Below, in pieces: positions 1 to 9,828 of a stretch of 64,000 nt of DNA. The stretch's first letter is position 1, and every line of letters begins with the position of its first letter. The DNA comes from an uncultured delta proteobacterium (lineage in GTDB: Bacteria; Desulfobacterota; WTBG01). The translations under genes and the position numbers were made by a program. The DNA lies in NCBI GenBank assembly GCA_963793865.1, contig CAWCBP010000006.1:64001-128000 (forward strand), in the 5' to 3' direction. The notes below the pieces were generated by a model. The model searched no databases and was not told the origin of the DNA. It worked only from the letters and a program-made list of their open reading frames with translations.

Positions 1-1536
1 GGCCTCCTCCCAGGTGAGATTGACAACCGGCTGCGCGTCCTGATTGAGGCTGCGGTCTTGAAGAGAGCCTGAATCATGGCCGGGTTGATATTCCCTGAAT
101 TCAGCGTTGCTCACTTCCTTGAGGCCCATGTAAAACGGCCGGGTGAAAACGATTTCGCGGATGGTTTCGTTGGAACGGCGTCCCTGTTCCTGCCGCGAAG
201 AACCCATGGTAAAGGAGGAAGGCCGGACCAGGAGCAGGGGATATCCGTTGGCGGCCCTGATGCTCGCTGCTGAACCCGCTGCCGCCGGGGCCGGGATTTT
301 TTTGAGGAGGGTTACGTTAAGTTCCTTCGCAACGCCGGGCTGCGGCGTTATCTCCGTTTGATACGGCTCGTAACCTTCTTTTACTATTTTAAGCTTCTGC
401 GGCGCGGAAGGGAGGGAAAGGCTCGGAGGCACGGGGCCCTGCGGCTTGTCATTGATGTAAAGCTCTGCGTTCTCAGGCTTCACGCTGAAGTGGATGGTCC
501 CGATGGCGGGTTTCATCTCCAGACTGAGTTCCCGGACCTCTTCGCTGGCCAGACGCACCTTTTCTTCAATTTTTTCATAGCCCGCCTTGGAGATGTGAAG
601 CACATGATCAACATCCGGCGCAAGGGGGATGCGTGCCGGCGTCTGACCGACGAAGGTTTTATCAACCGTCACAATGGCCCCCGGAGGATTTGTCAGCAGT
701 TTGATGGTGCCGTCGGCGGGAAGCAGCGTGACCGTATCCAGCACCTCCTGCTGACCTTCCTTCACCTCAATGCGGGACTGCCAGCTTTTATAATGGGGGG
801 CGCTTATCTCCAGCCCATAGGTTCCTGCGCCGAGCTTGAGCTGGAGCGGGGTTTTTCCCCGTACAGTTCCGTCGATGGCAATGTCCGCGCCTGATGGAAT
901 GGAATCAACGGTTATGCCTCCCGATGCGGATACCAGCGCCGCGTTTATTGTCTGCAGAGCGCCCATGCCTTCTACCTCAAGGGAGGTTTTGAAGTCCTGG
1001 TACTGGTCTGCCCTGACGAGCACTTCCCTGGGGCCGGCCTTGACCTCGATGCCGGCAAGGGGAGTGACACCGGCCTTTTCAGCGTCGATAATGACCTCAG
1101 CCCCCTCAACGGTTTCAGCGGGCCGCTCCTGTGAATAAGCGGTTACGGTTAAGCGGCCGGGAAGCTTTTCCATGACGGCGACCAGTTTCTGGTTTGACTC
1201 CCCGGTGACCAGCAAGGGCAGTTCAAGGGGTTTGTACCCGGATTTAAAGACGTGCACACTATAGTTTCCGGGGCGCAGGAGGTAGCTGCTGCCGATGTGG
1301 ATGCTGAAGAGCGACCCCTTGACGGAGACCCGCTCGGGGTCGGGATCTATTTGTAGTGATACCTGACGGGCGGTAAAGACAAACAGGATCGCGTAGAGGA
1401 AAAAGAAAAGGAAGCATGCAAGAAGCGCAATGAACAGCCACCGGCCGCGGGACAGGCCACCGTGCGGACGACGATAGTCGACCGGTTTGAATGGTATGGG
1501 TTCAATGATTTGTTGCGCCGGGGGCTCTGCAGACAT
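1..1536 (-). CDS. PEGA-domain + SUMF1/FGE-sulfatase (formylglycine-generating enzyme-like) membrane protein, 3'-truncated by the window edge
   Basis: Not in the ORF track. Manual translation of both ends in the same frame from ATG 1536: MSAEPPAQQIIEPIPFKP, TM helix WLFIALLACFLFFFLYAILFVF, LLRPGNY (PEGA-like); near the edge KEVSNAEFREY and QPVVNLTWEEA, typical of FGE-sulfatase domains. Confidence 0.85.
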   Translation of the reverse strand, partial: MSAEPPAQQIIEPIPFKPVDYRRPHGGLSRGRWLFIALLACFLFFFLYAILFVFTARQVSLQIDPDPERVSVKGSLFSIHIGSSYLLRPGNYSVHVFKSGYKPLELPLLVTGESNQKLVAVMEKLPGRLTVTAYSQERPAETVEGAEVIIDAEKAGVTPLAGIEVKAGPREVLVRADQYQDFKTSLEVEGMGALQTINAALVSASGGITVDSIPSGADIAIDGTVRGKTPLQLKLGAGTYGLEISAPHYKSWQSRIEVKEGQQEVLDTVTLLPADGTIKLLTNPPGAIVTVDKTFVGQTPARIPLAPDVDHVLHISKAGYEKIEEKVRLASEEVRELSLEMKPAIGTIHFSVKPENAELYINDKPQGPVPPSLSLPSAPQKLKIVKEGYEPYQTEITPQPGVAKELNVTLLKKIPAPAAAGSAASIRAANGYPLLLVRPSSFTMGSSRQEQGRRSNETIREIVFTRPFYMGLKEVSNAEFREYQPGHDSGSLQDRSLNQDAQPVVNLTWEEA

Positions 1537-1538
1537 TT

Positions 1539-3137
1539 TTATATTTTTTCAGTGCAGGTGACGGTTATGCGCGGCGACGTGCTGCCGGCCCTGACCGACA
1601 GGCTGTGGCGCACATCCTTGTAACCGGAGCGGGCCCCCGTGACCGTATAGGTTCCCGGGCGGAGGGACAGCTCCTTGCTTTGGAAGCGGCCCAGCTTGCC
1701 CACCTTGTAGACGGCCACTTCGGTCAGCCCGTCAGATTCGATAATTACCGGCACGGTGGTGCGGGCTGAGGTAACAAGGGTATCCAATTCTGTTATGAGC
1801 CTGCTCAAGCGGGGACCCCGCGGCTCCATCTGCCGCGCCTCGCCAAGCAGCGCTGTTGCCCTGTTCAGGGACTGGTCGGATTCCAGCCGGCCCGGCTGGG
1901 CCAGGTAGCTTTTGATGTCCTCTTCCATTTCCTTGCGCTTGATCGCCCGTTCTTTGCCCTGCAGGGCAAACTGGATGGAACTGTCCAGGGAAAGAAGGCT
2001 TTGATAAGCGGCAAGCGCCCCATTCCAGTCCTCGGAGCGCTCGGCGGCAGCCGCCTCATTTTGCAGCTCGGCGATGCGGGCCCGTTTCAGGGCTGAATCC
2101 GCCTGGGCGAGGGCGTCATTGACCTCGGGGGAATCCGGCTTAATCGATCGAGCCTTGAGGAGCAGCTGCCGGGCCCGGCCGTAGTCGTGCGCGTGCAGCG
2201 CGGTTATTCCCCCTGACATCAATTCATCGAATTGCCGGGAAGCTATCAGGCCGGTCACGCGAGCCAGGCCGGCCCGGGCCTCTTCCGATTCAGGGTCCAG
2301 CCGGACGGCCTCCTGGTAGTCATCACGGGCGGAAGAAAGGCTGTTGCCTTCTTCATGCCGCGCGGCGGATTGCAGCAGCTCCAACACCTTCCCGCAGTTT
2401 TTGGCGCGCTCGATTCCGCGCAGGGCCAGGGGGTGCGCGGGTTCAATCATCAGCGCCAGTCTGAAGAGCCGCTCTGCGTTGTTGCCGTCCCCTTCACTCA
2501 GGGCGCGCCGGCCTTGCTCGAGGATGTCCCGAAGCGCATCACCCATTTTTTCTCCCAGGCTGAACGCGACAGCGGATGCCTGAGTATAGCCCTCTGCGGC
2601 GGCGGCAAACTCTTCCCGCATGAGCGCGGCATCGGCAGCCTGAGCGAGCTGCAGAAGCCGCTGATAGCCCTCTCCGCCCCACTCTGCGACCCCCTTCTCA
2701 TCAAGCTCTTTTTTTGCTTTCAGAAAATCAGCGAGCTTTTGTTCCGCCTCCTCCTTGTCCGGCGCAGCCGTCTGTGCCTGTGCAGCCGGGGGTTGTGATG
2801 TGGCAGGAACGGTTGACGGCACCGCTTCCGGAGTCACTTCCGAAACCTGTTTTTGATTTCGCGCTGCGCCGGGCGGCAGGGGGTTCCTTGACAGGTAACT
2901 GAACAGCCAGAGACCTCCCGCGGTGAGGAGCAGCAGGGCCGCAACCAGCATGGCATATTGTCGGAAAGATTGTTTCCTGCCCTCAGCGTGACCGGCCCCT
3001 TCTTCTCCCGCGGTCACCTTGAGCGGGGTTATAATTTTGTCACGCGGGTCTGTAGGTGTGGTGTCCGTTGGGTCAGCAAGTGCGTCCCAGAGGATGAGAG
3101 ATCTGCGATGTGCGATCTGGGATAGCGATAAGAGCAA
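1539..3137 (-). CDS. Membrane-anchored TPR-like protein with C-terminal PEGA-like domain (true start uncertain, probably downstream of 3137)
   Basis: TM segment, Ala-rich helical repeats (YQEAVRLDPESEEARAGL), C-terminal LSLRPGTYTVTGARSGYKDV. The annotated N-terminus lies in a heptamer repeat array. Confidence 0.75.
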   Translation of the reverse strand: MLLSLSQIAHRRSLILWDALADPTDTTPTDPRDKIITPLKVTAGEEGAGHAEGRKQSFRQYAMLVAALLLLTAGGLWLFSYLSRNPLPPGAARNQKQVSEVTPEAVPSTVPATSQPPAAQAQTAAPDKEEAEQKLADFLKAKKELDEKGVAEWGGEGYQRLLQLAQAADAALMREEFAAAAEGYTQASAVAFSLGEKMGDALRDILEQGRRALSEGDGNNAERLFRLALMIEPAHPLALRGIERAKNCGKVLELLQSAARHEEGNSLSSARDDYQEAVRLDPESEEARAGLARVTGLIASRQFDELMSGGITALHAHDYGRARQLLLKARSIKPDSPEVNDALAQADSALKRARIAELQNEAAAAERSEDWNGALAAYQSLLSLDSSIQFALQGKERAIKRKEMEEDIKSYLAQPGRLESDQSLNRATALLGEARQMEPRGPRLSRLITELDTLVTSARTTVPVIIESDGLTEVAVYKVGKLGRFQSKELSLRPGTYTVTGARSGYKDVRHSLSVRAGSTSPRITVTCTEKI

Positions 3138-3372
3138 GGCGATGTATCGATCTGTGAAAGGGGTGATCTGCGATCGGGAAGTGCGATCTGCGATAAGAAC
3201 CGGAATTAAAGTTTTTAGTTTGTTTCATATCCCTCGTTCACGATTGCACATCGCAATTATTTATCCCACATTCCAGATCATACACTATACCTCATATCGC
3301 CCTTATCTCACATCACAAATCCCACATCTCAGATCAATCATATCGCATATCGCGGATCCAGATCGCACATCG
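3100..3372. repeat. Inverted heptamer tandem arrays (GATNTGN)n ... (NCANATC)n, empty site
   Basis: gatctgc gatgtgc gatctgg ... gatctgc gataaga, then tcacatc acaaatc ccacatc tcagatc ... gcatatc ... gcacatc. Confidence 0.8.
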
Positions 3373-4610
3373 CTACCTATTACTCCGAACTGTCTGCTAC
3401 TTTGGCTTTGCCTCACCTGATTCCCTCCTGCTGGGAACCCCGTCTCGGCATAGTATATTTCCCGCAAGAGCTCCCGCCAGCGCTTGTATTGCTGTTCCGC
3501 CGACCCGGTCAGCTCATACTTCTTGCCTTCAAATTCCATCACCACCGGCTTCATTTCGCTGCCGAATGATTCCCCCAGTTCTGCCAGCGTTTCATAGTGC
3601 ATTTGGGCCTGCTTGGAGATGTTGACGCCGCTTAAAAACACCTGGCCGCCGATGATGACCATCGTTGCGGTCAGGGCGCCGGAATCATGCACATCGCCCA
3701 CTTCGCCCAGGATGGCCAGCGCTATCAGCAGCGCGCCCGCGGCTTCCCGGAGGAGGGCGGCGCGTCTCTGCTTTTCCAGGGCAAGGCGCTCGGTGAGGTT
3801 TGAGGAGCGCCAGCCTTCGTAGGGTGACCACATTTCATTATAGAAACCTTCGTAATGCTCGTTGATGACGTCCTCAAACATGTATTGGCGCTCGCGAATC
3901 TGCAGGATGCGGGCCATCATGGTATCATCGTCGGCCGGAAGCCGCTTTACGGTGAACCTGCCGTTGTCTTCCTGCAGATAATCCCCGAAGGCATGGGGTG
4001 CGAAATCACCCGCGAAGCGGAGGTTTGAAACAATGCGCAGCGCCTGTATCTCATCAGGGCGCAACTCCTGAAGAAATCGGGACATGTCATTGGAGATGGC
4101 GTTGTAGAGACCCTGAAACGCGTCCTTTTCTCCGGGGGTGGTGCCCAGGTAGTCGTTGCCGGTGGCTGAGGCCCTGTACTCCTTCTCCTGCCACACCCTG
4201 CCGGTGGTGTCGCTGATCCTCACCTTGACGGCAAGGTTTTCGCCGTTCGACTCAATTATTTCACCCCGCACCATGACTTCCGCCGCATCGGATACCACCG
4301 GGGTGACCCGGACCATGCCCCAGTAACCGCTCCCCTCCAGGGTGTTTTTCAGATGGTAGGGGATAAAATGGTTCTCAGCCTTTCTCACCTCGGGATTGGT
4401 GCCTTCTTTCCGGGCTCTTTTTTCGGTGATCTCGTCACTCGTAAAGATGGCGATATCCACGTCCAGCAGCTCGGACTCGGGGATGGTCTGCTTTGCCTGC
4501 ACCATTTTGGTTTGCGCAGTCTGGCGCGCCCCGTCGAGGGTCGAGCAGGCGGCAATGGAACAAATAAAGAGGATGATTATACTGACAGCAATGCGAACGT
4601 TTATGGCCAT
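3303..4610 (-). CDS. Hypothetical lipoprotein
   Basis: Signal peptide with lipobox IAAC. The C-terminus reads into the heptamer array; the true stop may be the TGA at 3413-3415 if GGG 3433-3435 carries one extra base. Confidence 0.75.
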   Translation of the reverse strand: MAINVRIAVSIIILFICSIAACSTLDGARQTAQTKMVQAKQTIPESELLDVDIAIFTSDEITEKRARKEGTNPEVRKAENHFIPYHLKNTLEGSGYWGMVRVTPVVSDAAEVMVRGEIIESNGENLAVKVRISDTTGRVWQEKEYRASATGNDYLGTTPGEKDAFQGLYNAISNDMSRFLQELRPDEIQALRIVSNLRFAGDFAPHAFGDYLQEDNGRFTVKRLPADDDTMMARILQIRERQYMFEDVINEHYEGFYNEMWSPYEGWRSSNLTERLALEKQRRAALLREAAGALLIALAILGEVGDVHDSGALTATMVIIGGQVFLSGVNISKQAQMHYETLAELGESFGSEMKPVVMEFEGKKYELTGSAEQQYKRWRELLREIYYAETGFPAGGNQVRQSQSSRQFGVIGSDVRSGSAICDMIDLRCGICDVR

Positions 4611-4672
4611 GCTGATGCAGTGGGGGGTGTTATGTTTCGGGAATAAGCATTTATGCAAAACAAAACAAGCGA

Positions 4673-4778
4673 GTCATTGCGAGGAGTAACGCGTGTGCGT
4701 GACGACGAAGCAATCATTATTTACCCTGAAAGCAGGAAGTTGCACAAAATGAGATTGCTTCGTTTCACTCGCAATGAC
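4673..4778. repeat. REP/RPE-like palindromic element (GTCATTGCGAG...GAAGCAATC / GATTGCTTC...CTCGCAATGAC)
   Basis: Terminal inverted repeats seen directly; same family at 58714-58781 and 60073-60162. Confidence 0.8.
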
Positions 4779-4821
4779 CACGTAGAGAGGACCCGGGTAT
4801 CGTATAAACTTCCGGTGCGCT

Positions 4822-5736
4822 CTACTGGCGAGTGGATTTCTTGTAATCTTCGTATTCCTTCCAGAGCTTTTTTTTGAGCTCCGGATCAGTCTCTTTTTCC
4901 GCGGCTTCACGGAGCTGGCGGGCCACGATATCGTCATCCTGGTCGCTTCCGGAAGGCCGCTTCGCCTGTTGTCCTGAAGCGGAACCGCCTGCCGATGATC
5001 CCCCCGCGACCGGCCCATCGGTGGTCGGCACGTTTTCATAGCTCCCGCCGCTTTCTCCTTCGCTTCCCTCCTGACCGCCTTTTTCGCCCCCTTCAGATGA
5101 AGCGGGCTCCCCGGCTGTTCCGCCAGTTTCTTCGCCCTGTTCTCCGATTCTTTGTGCTGCCGATGCGGCTTCCTGTGCCAGGGTGCTCATCCTGCTTTCA
5201 GATTTCGCGCGGATGTCATCCATTTCTTTCAGCAGCATCTGATCAAATTGGGAGAGTGATGCGCTGAGTTCCCGGTCCAGGGTGCCCAGTTCGCCGGACT
5301 CTTGCCCCGGCGCCGCTGCTGCGGGAGGCACCTCTGCCGAAGGGGGTGATTTCGAAGTGCCGCCTATGTTTTCCGTGCCCTGGCGTCTGGCATATGCCTT
5401 TTCCATCTCCTCCACAATTTTCTGATTTTCCGCCACCATGGCCTGTACGCGGCTGAGATAGATCTCGTAATTTTTGAGATCCTCAGGGTTCGCTTTCCCG
5501 GACTGTTTCAATGCCTGCAGTTCTGAGGCAATGCGCTCCTCGGTGGCCTGGCTGACGGAGAGTTCGGAGCGCGCCTGCTCAAGCTGCCGCTCAATTGCGG
5601 TCTGAGGCGCCGGAGGAGCCGCCGGCACAATTTCAGCTTCCCGGTGCTGAGTGCAGGAGAACATGGCAGCGATGAGCACGGAAAGGAGAAGGGCGCGGCA
5701 GGCAGAAGAAGAAAAGGTCACAGTAATGTTTGGCAT
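4822..5736 (-). CDS. Hypothetical coiled-coil lipoprotein
   Basis: SD gagagg before ATG 5736, lipobox-like MFSC, coiled coils, C-terminal DDDIVARQLREAAEKETDPELKKKLWKEY. Confidence 0.75.
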   Translation of the reverse strand: MPNITVTFSSSACRALLLSVLIAAMFSCTQHREAEIVPAAPPAPQTAIERQLEQARSELSVSQATEERIASELQALKQSGKANPEDLKNYEIYLSRVQAMVAENQKIVEEMEKAYARRQGTENIGGTSKSPPSAEVPPAAAAPGQESGELGTLDRELSASLSQFDQMLLKEMDDIRAKSESRMSTLAQEAASAAQRIGEQGEETGGTAGEPASSEGGEKGGQEGSEGESGGSYENVPTTDGPVAGGSSAGGSASGQQAKRPSGSDQDDDIVARQLREAAEKETDPELKKKLWKEYEDYKKSTRQ

Positions 5737-5960
5737 ACGAACCTCTCTTACTGGTGAGCGGCGGGCAACAGCGGAATCAGACATTTCCCGGATGATGACA
5801 CATGCATGCAATGCGGTTAGTACGCAAAATTATACTTTACTGCCTGAAGGGTGTCAAGGCGCAAGCGGGGTCGATTCTCGTATTGATTATTTGCCGGTTT
5901 TCATTTATCATCAGCGCCAGAAAAAGAGCACCGCGCTGGAACTGATTGTATGAGAGGTGT

Positions 5961-7781
5961 ATGAAAAGGACGGCGAAGCGGGAGAAAATACTGCTGGGAA
6001 ACGAGGCGATCGGGCGCGCCATTGTTGACTGCGGCTGCACGGTCGTCACCTCATATCCGGGTACGCCGGCAACAGAGATTTTATCCAGTGTTGACCGATA
6101 TGCCAAAGATGGAACTCTGCCGGTCTATCGTGAGTGGTCGGTCAACGAAAAATCCGCCTTCGAGGTCGCACTCACCAACAGCTATGCCGGCTGCCGGTCT
6201 GCCGTTGCCATGAAGCAGGTGGGGCTAAACGTTGCCTCCGACTCGCTGATGAGCGCGGCTTACACCGGTGTGATAGGGGGATTTCTGCTCGTCTCCGCCG
6301 ATGACCCCGGACCGCACAGCTCCCAGACCGAGCAGGACAGCCGCTTCATGGCCATGTTTGCCAGGATACCGGTGCTGGATCCATCGTCACCCCGGGAGGC
6401 ATATGAAATGGTCCGGATGGGGCTTGAACTTTCCGAGCAGTACTCCCTGCCGGTGATGCTGCGGCCCACCACCATGGTTTGTCATGCCCGCCAGAATGTC
6501 GGTTCGGGCACCGTGATCAGGCTGAAGCGGAAAGCGTCCTTCGTGAAAAATCCTTCCCGCCTGGCGGCAACGCCGAAGTTCAGATTTTCCCTGCACAAGG
6601 AACTCAACCGGAAGCTTGAGGCCATAGGCAGCAGCGCACAATACAAACCGGCTCTCATCAACAAACGGGCCGGGGCCGCCCGGCTTTGCATCATCTCCTC
6701 GGGGGCGGCATATGCCTGCGCCCTTGATATCCTGAGCGAGCTGGGGGTGCTTGACCGGGTTGCGCTCTACAAGGTTGCAATGCCCTATCCCATTGCTCCC
6801 GCTTTTTTGGGTCGGCTTGCCGGGAGCTTTAAGAAGATCCTGGTCATTGAAGAAACCTACCCGGTGATTGAGCTTCAGATCCCCGACCGGCGCAATGTCA
6901 GAGGGAAGCTGAACGGTCATGTGCCCAAAGAGGGTGAGCTAACGCCGGATATTTTGCATCCCATCATTGCCGGATTTGCCGGCAGGCCGTTCAAACGGGT
7001 GAAGGAACCGGCGCCGGGAGGACAGCGGCCGACGCTCTGTCCCGGTTGTCCCCACAGGGCATCGTATTTTGCCATCAGGAAGGCGTTTCCCCGCGGGATC
7101 TATCCCGGGGATATCGGCTGTTATACCCTGGGCATTAATCTCGGGGGAGTTGATACCTGTCTGTGCATGGGCGCATCCATTAACCAGGCGGCGGGACTCT
7201 ATCATTCATTTACCGTAAGCGGCGCCGAGCTTCCCCCCGTTGTCGCGACCATCGGCGATTCAACCTTCATGCACGCGGGCATTACCGGGCTCATCAATGC
7301 CGTTTACAACAAGGCCCGGTTCATCCTGGTCATCCTGGATAACGGCACCACCGCCATGACCGGCAATCAGCCCACCGCGGCAACCGGCATCCGTGCCGAT
7401 GGGTCAGCGGGTAACTGCATCAGCCTTGAGAAATTGATCGAAGGAACGGGCATTGAGTTCCTCAAGGTGATTGACCCCTACGATGTAACGGGCTTTGTCG
7501 CGCTGCTGGGTGATGCCCATGCCTTTACCCGCTCGGAAAAGGGAGGCATAGCGGTAATCATCGCCCGCCATCCCTGCATTATGAATAGCAGGGAGGGCAA
7601 ACGATATACGGTGACGGTTACGGAAAAGTGTACCGGCTGCCAGAGCTGCATTAAAAATTTTGAGTGCCCGGCGCTGAGCCTCGATGGCAATGAGCGTGTT
7701 ACTATAAACTATTTGCTCTGTACGGGCTGCGGGGTGTGTGTGCATGCATGCCCTGCGGGGGCAATTGAGGTCGTGGAATAG
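5961..7781 (+). CDS. iorA: Indolepyruvate:ferredoxin oxidoreductase alpha subunit
   Basis: LLGNEAI, YPGTP, WSVNEK, ADDPGPHSSQTEQDSR, CPGCPHR, GDIGCYTL, TPP motif IGDST, C-terminal 2x[4Fe-4S] Cys motifs. Confidence 0.93.
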   Translation: MKRTAKREKILLGNEAIGRAIVDCGCTVVTSYPGTPATEILSSVDRYAKDGTLPVYREWSVNEKSAFEVALTNSYAGCRSAVAMKQVGLNVASDSLMSAAYTGVIGGFLLVSADDPGPHSSQTEQDSRFMAMFARIPVLDPSSPREAYEMVRMGLELSEQYSLPVMLRPTTMVCHARQNVGSGTVIRLKRKASFVKNPSRLAATPKFRFSLHKELNRKLEAIGSSAQYKPALINKRAGAARLCIISSGAAYACALDILSELGVLDRVALYKVAMPYPIAPAFLGRLAGSFKKILVIEETYPVIELQIPDRRNVRGKLNGHVPKEGELTPDILHPIIAGFAGRPFKRVKEPAPGGQRPTLCPGCPHRASYFAIRKAFPRGIYPGDIGCYTLGINLGGVDTCLCMGASINQAAGLYHSFTVSGAELPPVVATIGDSTFMHAGITGLINAVYNKARFILVILDNGTTAMTGNQPTAATGIRADGSAGNCISLEKLIEGTGIEFLKVIDPYDVTGFVALLGDAHAFTRSEKGGIAVIIARHPCIMNSREGKRYTVTVTEKCTGCQSCIKNFECPALSLDGNERVTINYLLCTGCGVCVHACPAGAIEVVE

Positions 7782-7784
7782 AGC

Positions 7785-8315
7785 ATGGCGAGCAAGAGAA
7801 ACGGCATACAGATTGTTATCTGCGGGCGGGGAGGGCAGGGAGTTCTGTTCCTCACCAGGGTCCTGGATGAAGCGGCTCTCGCCGAAGGGAAGAATGTTAT
7901 CTCTTCCGAAACCCACGGCATGGCCATGCGGGGTGGATCGGTGGTCTCACACATCAGGATCGGTTCCTTTGTCTCGCCCCTCATCAGGTCGGGGCAGGGG
8001 GACATTATCCTGGCGCTCTCCGATTCTGAGGCGGATCGGAACATGCACCTGCTGAAAAAGACCGGGGGGCAGGTTTACGTGAACTCCGCCGCGATCCGGG
8101 CGGGCGCAATAGATGCGACCGGGATGGCACATGAGCTGGGTGCGCTGGTCGTCAGCAACCTCGTGCTGCTCGGCTTTGCCTGTGCCCACAAGGCGTTTCC
8201 CTTTTGCTTTGCCACTCTGAAGAAGGTGCTGAAGCGGATCAGCTCTCCCCGGGTGCTGGATGTCAACCTGAGGGCGTTGACTGAAGGATTTAAGAGGGGA
8301 AAGTTCCAGTCATAG
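7785..8315 (+). CDS. iorB: Indolepyruvate oxidoreductase beta subunit
   Basis: GRGGQGV, SETHGMAMRGGSV; adjacent to iorA. Confidence 0.92.
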   Translation: MASKRNGIQIVICGRGGQGVLFLTRVLDEAALAEGKNVISSETHGMAMRGGSVVSHIRIGSFVSPLIRSGQGDIILALSDSEADRNMHLLKKTGGQVYVNSAAIRAGAIDATGMAHELGALVVSNLVLLGFACAHKAFPFCFATLKKVLKRISSPRVLDVNLRALTEGFKRGKFQS

Positions 8316-8339
8316 ATATTGCACGGGAATAATAATAAT

Positions 8340-8400
8340 GGAGGGCCATGCTCCGTCATGGCCGCATTTTGAAGGCGGACGCAACGGAGTGCGTCCCTCA
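8340..8400. repeat. REP-like doublet (GGAGGGCC..CTCCGTC..GGCC / GGACGC..CGGAG..GCGTCCCTC)
   Basis: Two short hairpins in inverted orientation; related unit ggagggacgcgctccgtcgcgtc at 60261-60283. Confidence 0.65.
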
Positions 8401-8426
8401 ATAGGCGGAAGGATGCAAGAGGACAG

Positions 8427-8500
8427 CACTCCATTACTCCATCACTCCAAAATTTATAGCACTTGGACCCTGTACCCTGAACCCTTGCCCCTGAACCCTT
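8427..8500. repeat. Short tandem arrays: 8-mer (YACTCCAN) followed by 7-mer (CCCTGNA)
   Basis: cactccat tactccat cactccaa; gaccctgtaccctgaacccttgcccctgaaccct, directly upstream of the paaK start. Confidence 0.7.
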
Positions 8501-8514
8501 TTCTTTGAGGTCCC

Positions 8515-9786
8515 ATGTTTCAACCCGAATATGAGGCGATGAAACGATCGGATTTGGAGGCGCTGCAAAGGGAGCGGCTCAAGGCAACTCTCGATCGGAT
8601 TTTTTCCCGCAACCCCTTCTACGCGAAGCGGTTTGGCAGCTTGGGACCCGGGGATATTACGACGATTCACGACATCCGGAAATTTCCCTTCATGACCAAG
8701 GATGATCTGCGCGACGCCTATCCACTCAAATATGTCTGCGCGGACCATGCCGGCCTGATGCGCGTCCACATGAGCTCCGGAACGACGGGTACTCCGATCA
8801 TCAATCCTTATACCCGCAGCGATATTGAACAGTGGGGGAATATCATGGCCCGCTGTTACGCGGCTGCCGGCGTCACTTCCCGGGACGTGGTGCAGATCAC
8901 CCCATCATTCGGGCTGTTTAACGGCGGGTTCGGCTTTCATTACGGCGCCGAAAAGCTGGGCGCGATGATCGTGCCCTTCGGCGCGGGCAGAACGCTGCTG
9001 CAGCTCCGGTTCCTGCGGGATTTCGAGGTCAACTGCCTGACCGCCATCTCTTCCTACCCGCTGCGGCTGATAGAGGTTGCCGGGAAGGAGAAATTTGATT
9101 TCCATGCATTGCCGCTGCGTGTGGGCATCTTCGGGGCCGAGGTCTGGAGTGATGAGATGCGCTCGCGCATCGAGGAGAAGATGGGGATTAAGACCTTTGA
9201 CATAATCGGGATGACCGAAACCGGAGGCGTGGGGCTCGGCATTGACTGCGCGGAACACCGCGGCATTCATGTCTGGGAGGACGATTACCTGGTCGAGATC
9301 ATCGATCCCCTGACCGGAGAAGTTCTTCCGGACGGCAGGGAAGGGGAGATGGTGCTGACTACGCTGAACCGGGAAGGACTGCCTCTCATCCGCTACCGCA
9401 CCCGGGACATCACCTCCATCATAGGCAGGGAACCCTGCACCTGCGGCAGGACATCTCTTCGCGTGAGTCGCCTGAAGGGAAGAAATGACGACATGCTCAA
9501 GATTAAAGGGGTAAACTTCTACCCCCTGCAGCTTGAAAGCATCCTGATGCAGCGGGATGAAATCGGCAATCATTACCAGATCGTGCTGGAAAAGATCAGG
9601 GGAAGGGATACCATCACGGTGATGGCGGAAACGGGCGGACCGGTGAGCGCGGATCTATCGGAGGAAATCTCCACCGAAATCTACGACCTGCTGGGGTTTC
9701 ATATTGACCGGCTTGAATTGCTCCCCGAGGGGACCATTCCCCGCGTGCCCGGCAAAGCCGTCCGGGTGGTTGATAAGAGGGCATAG
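8515..9786 (+). CDS. paaK: Phenylacetate-CoA ligase family protein
   Basis: HMSSGTTGTP, GLFNGGFGFHYGAE, PLIRYRTRD, GRNDDMLKIKGVN. Confidence 0.9.
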   Translation: MFQPEYEAMKRSDLEALQRERLKATLDRIFSRNPFYAKRFGSLGPGDITTIHDIRKFPFMTKDDLRDAYPLKYVCADHAGLMRVHMSSGTTGTPIINPYTRSDIEQWGNIMARCYAAAGVTSRDVVQITPSFGLFNGGFGFHYGAEKLGAMIVPFGAGRTLLQLRFLRDFEVNCLTAISSYPLRLIEVAGKEKFDFHALPLRVGIFGAEVWSDEMRSRIEEKMGIKTFDIIGMTETGGVGLGIDCAEHRGIHVWEDDYLVEIIDPLTGEVLPDGREGEMVLTTLNREGLPLIRYRTRDITSIIGREPCTCGRTSLRVSRLKGRNDDMLKIKGVNFYPLQLESILMQRDEIGNHYQIVLEKIRGRDTITVMAETGGPVSADLSEEISTEIYDLLGFHIDRLELLPEGTIPRVPGKAVRVVDKRA

Positions 9787-9828
9787 GGATGACATCATGA
9801 ATCTATTTGCGAATCAAAGGAGGGTTGT

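Noticed and set aside
76..1441. Short ORFs in the track here, and the many antisense ORFs over real genes elsewhere
   Set aside because: Shadow frames of well-supported genes in GC-rich DNA, with no recognisable motifs.
3100..3372. Heptamer arrays as a CRISPR array
   Set aside because: 7-nt degenerate tandem units with no repeat-spacer structure and no cas genes in the window.
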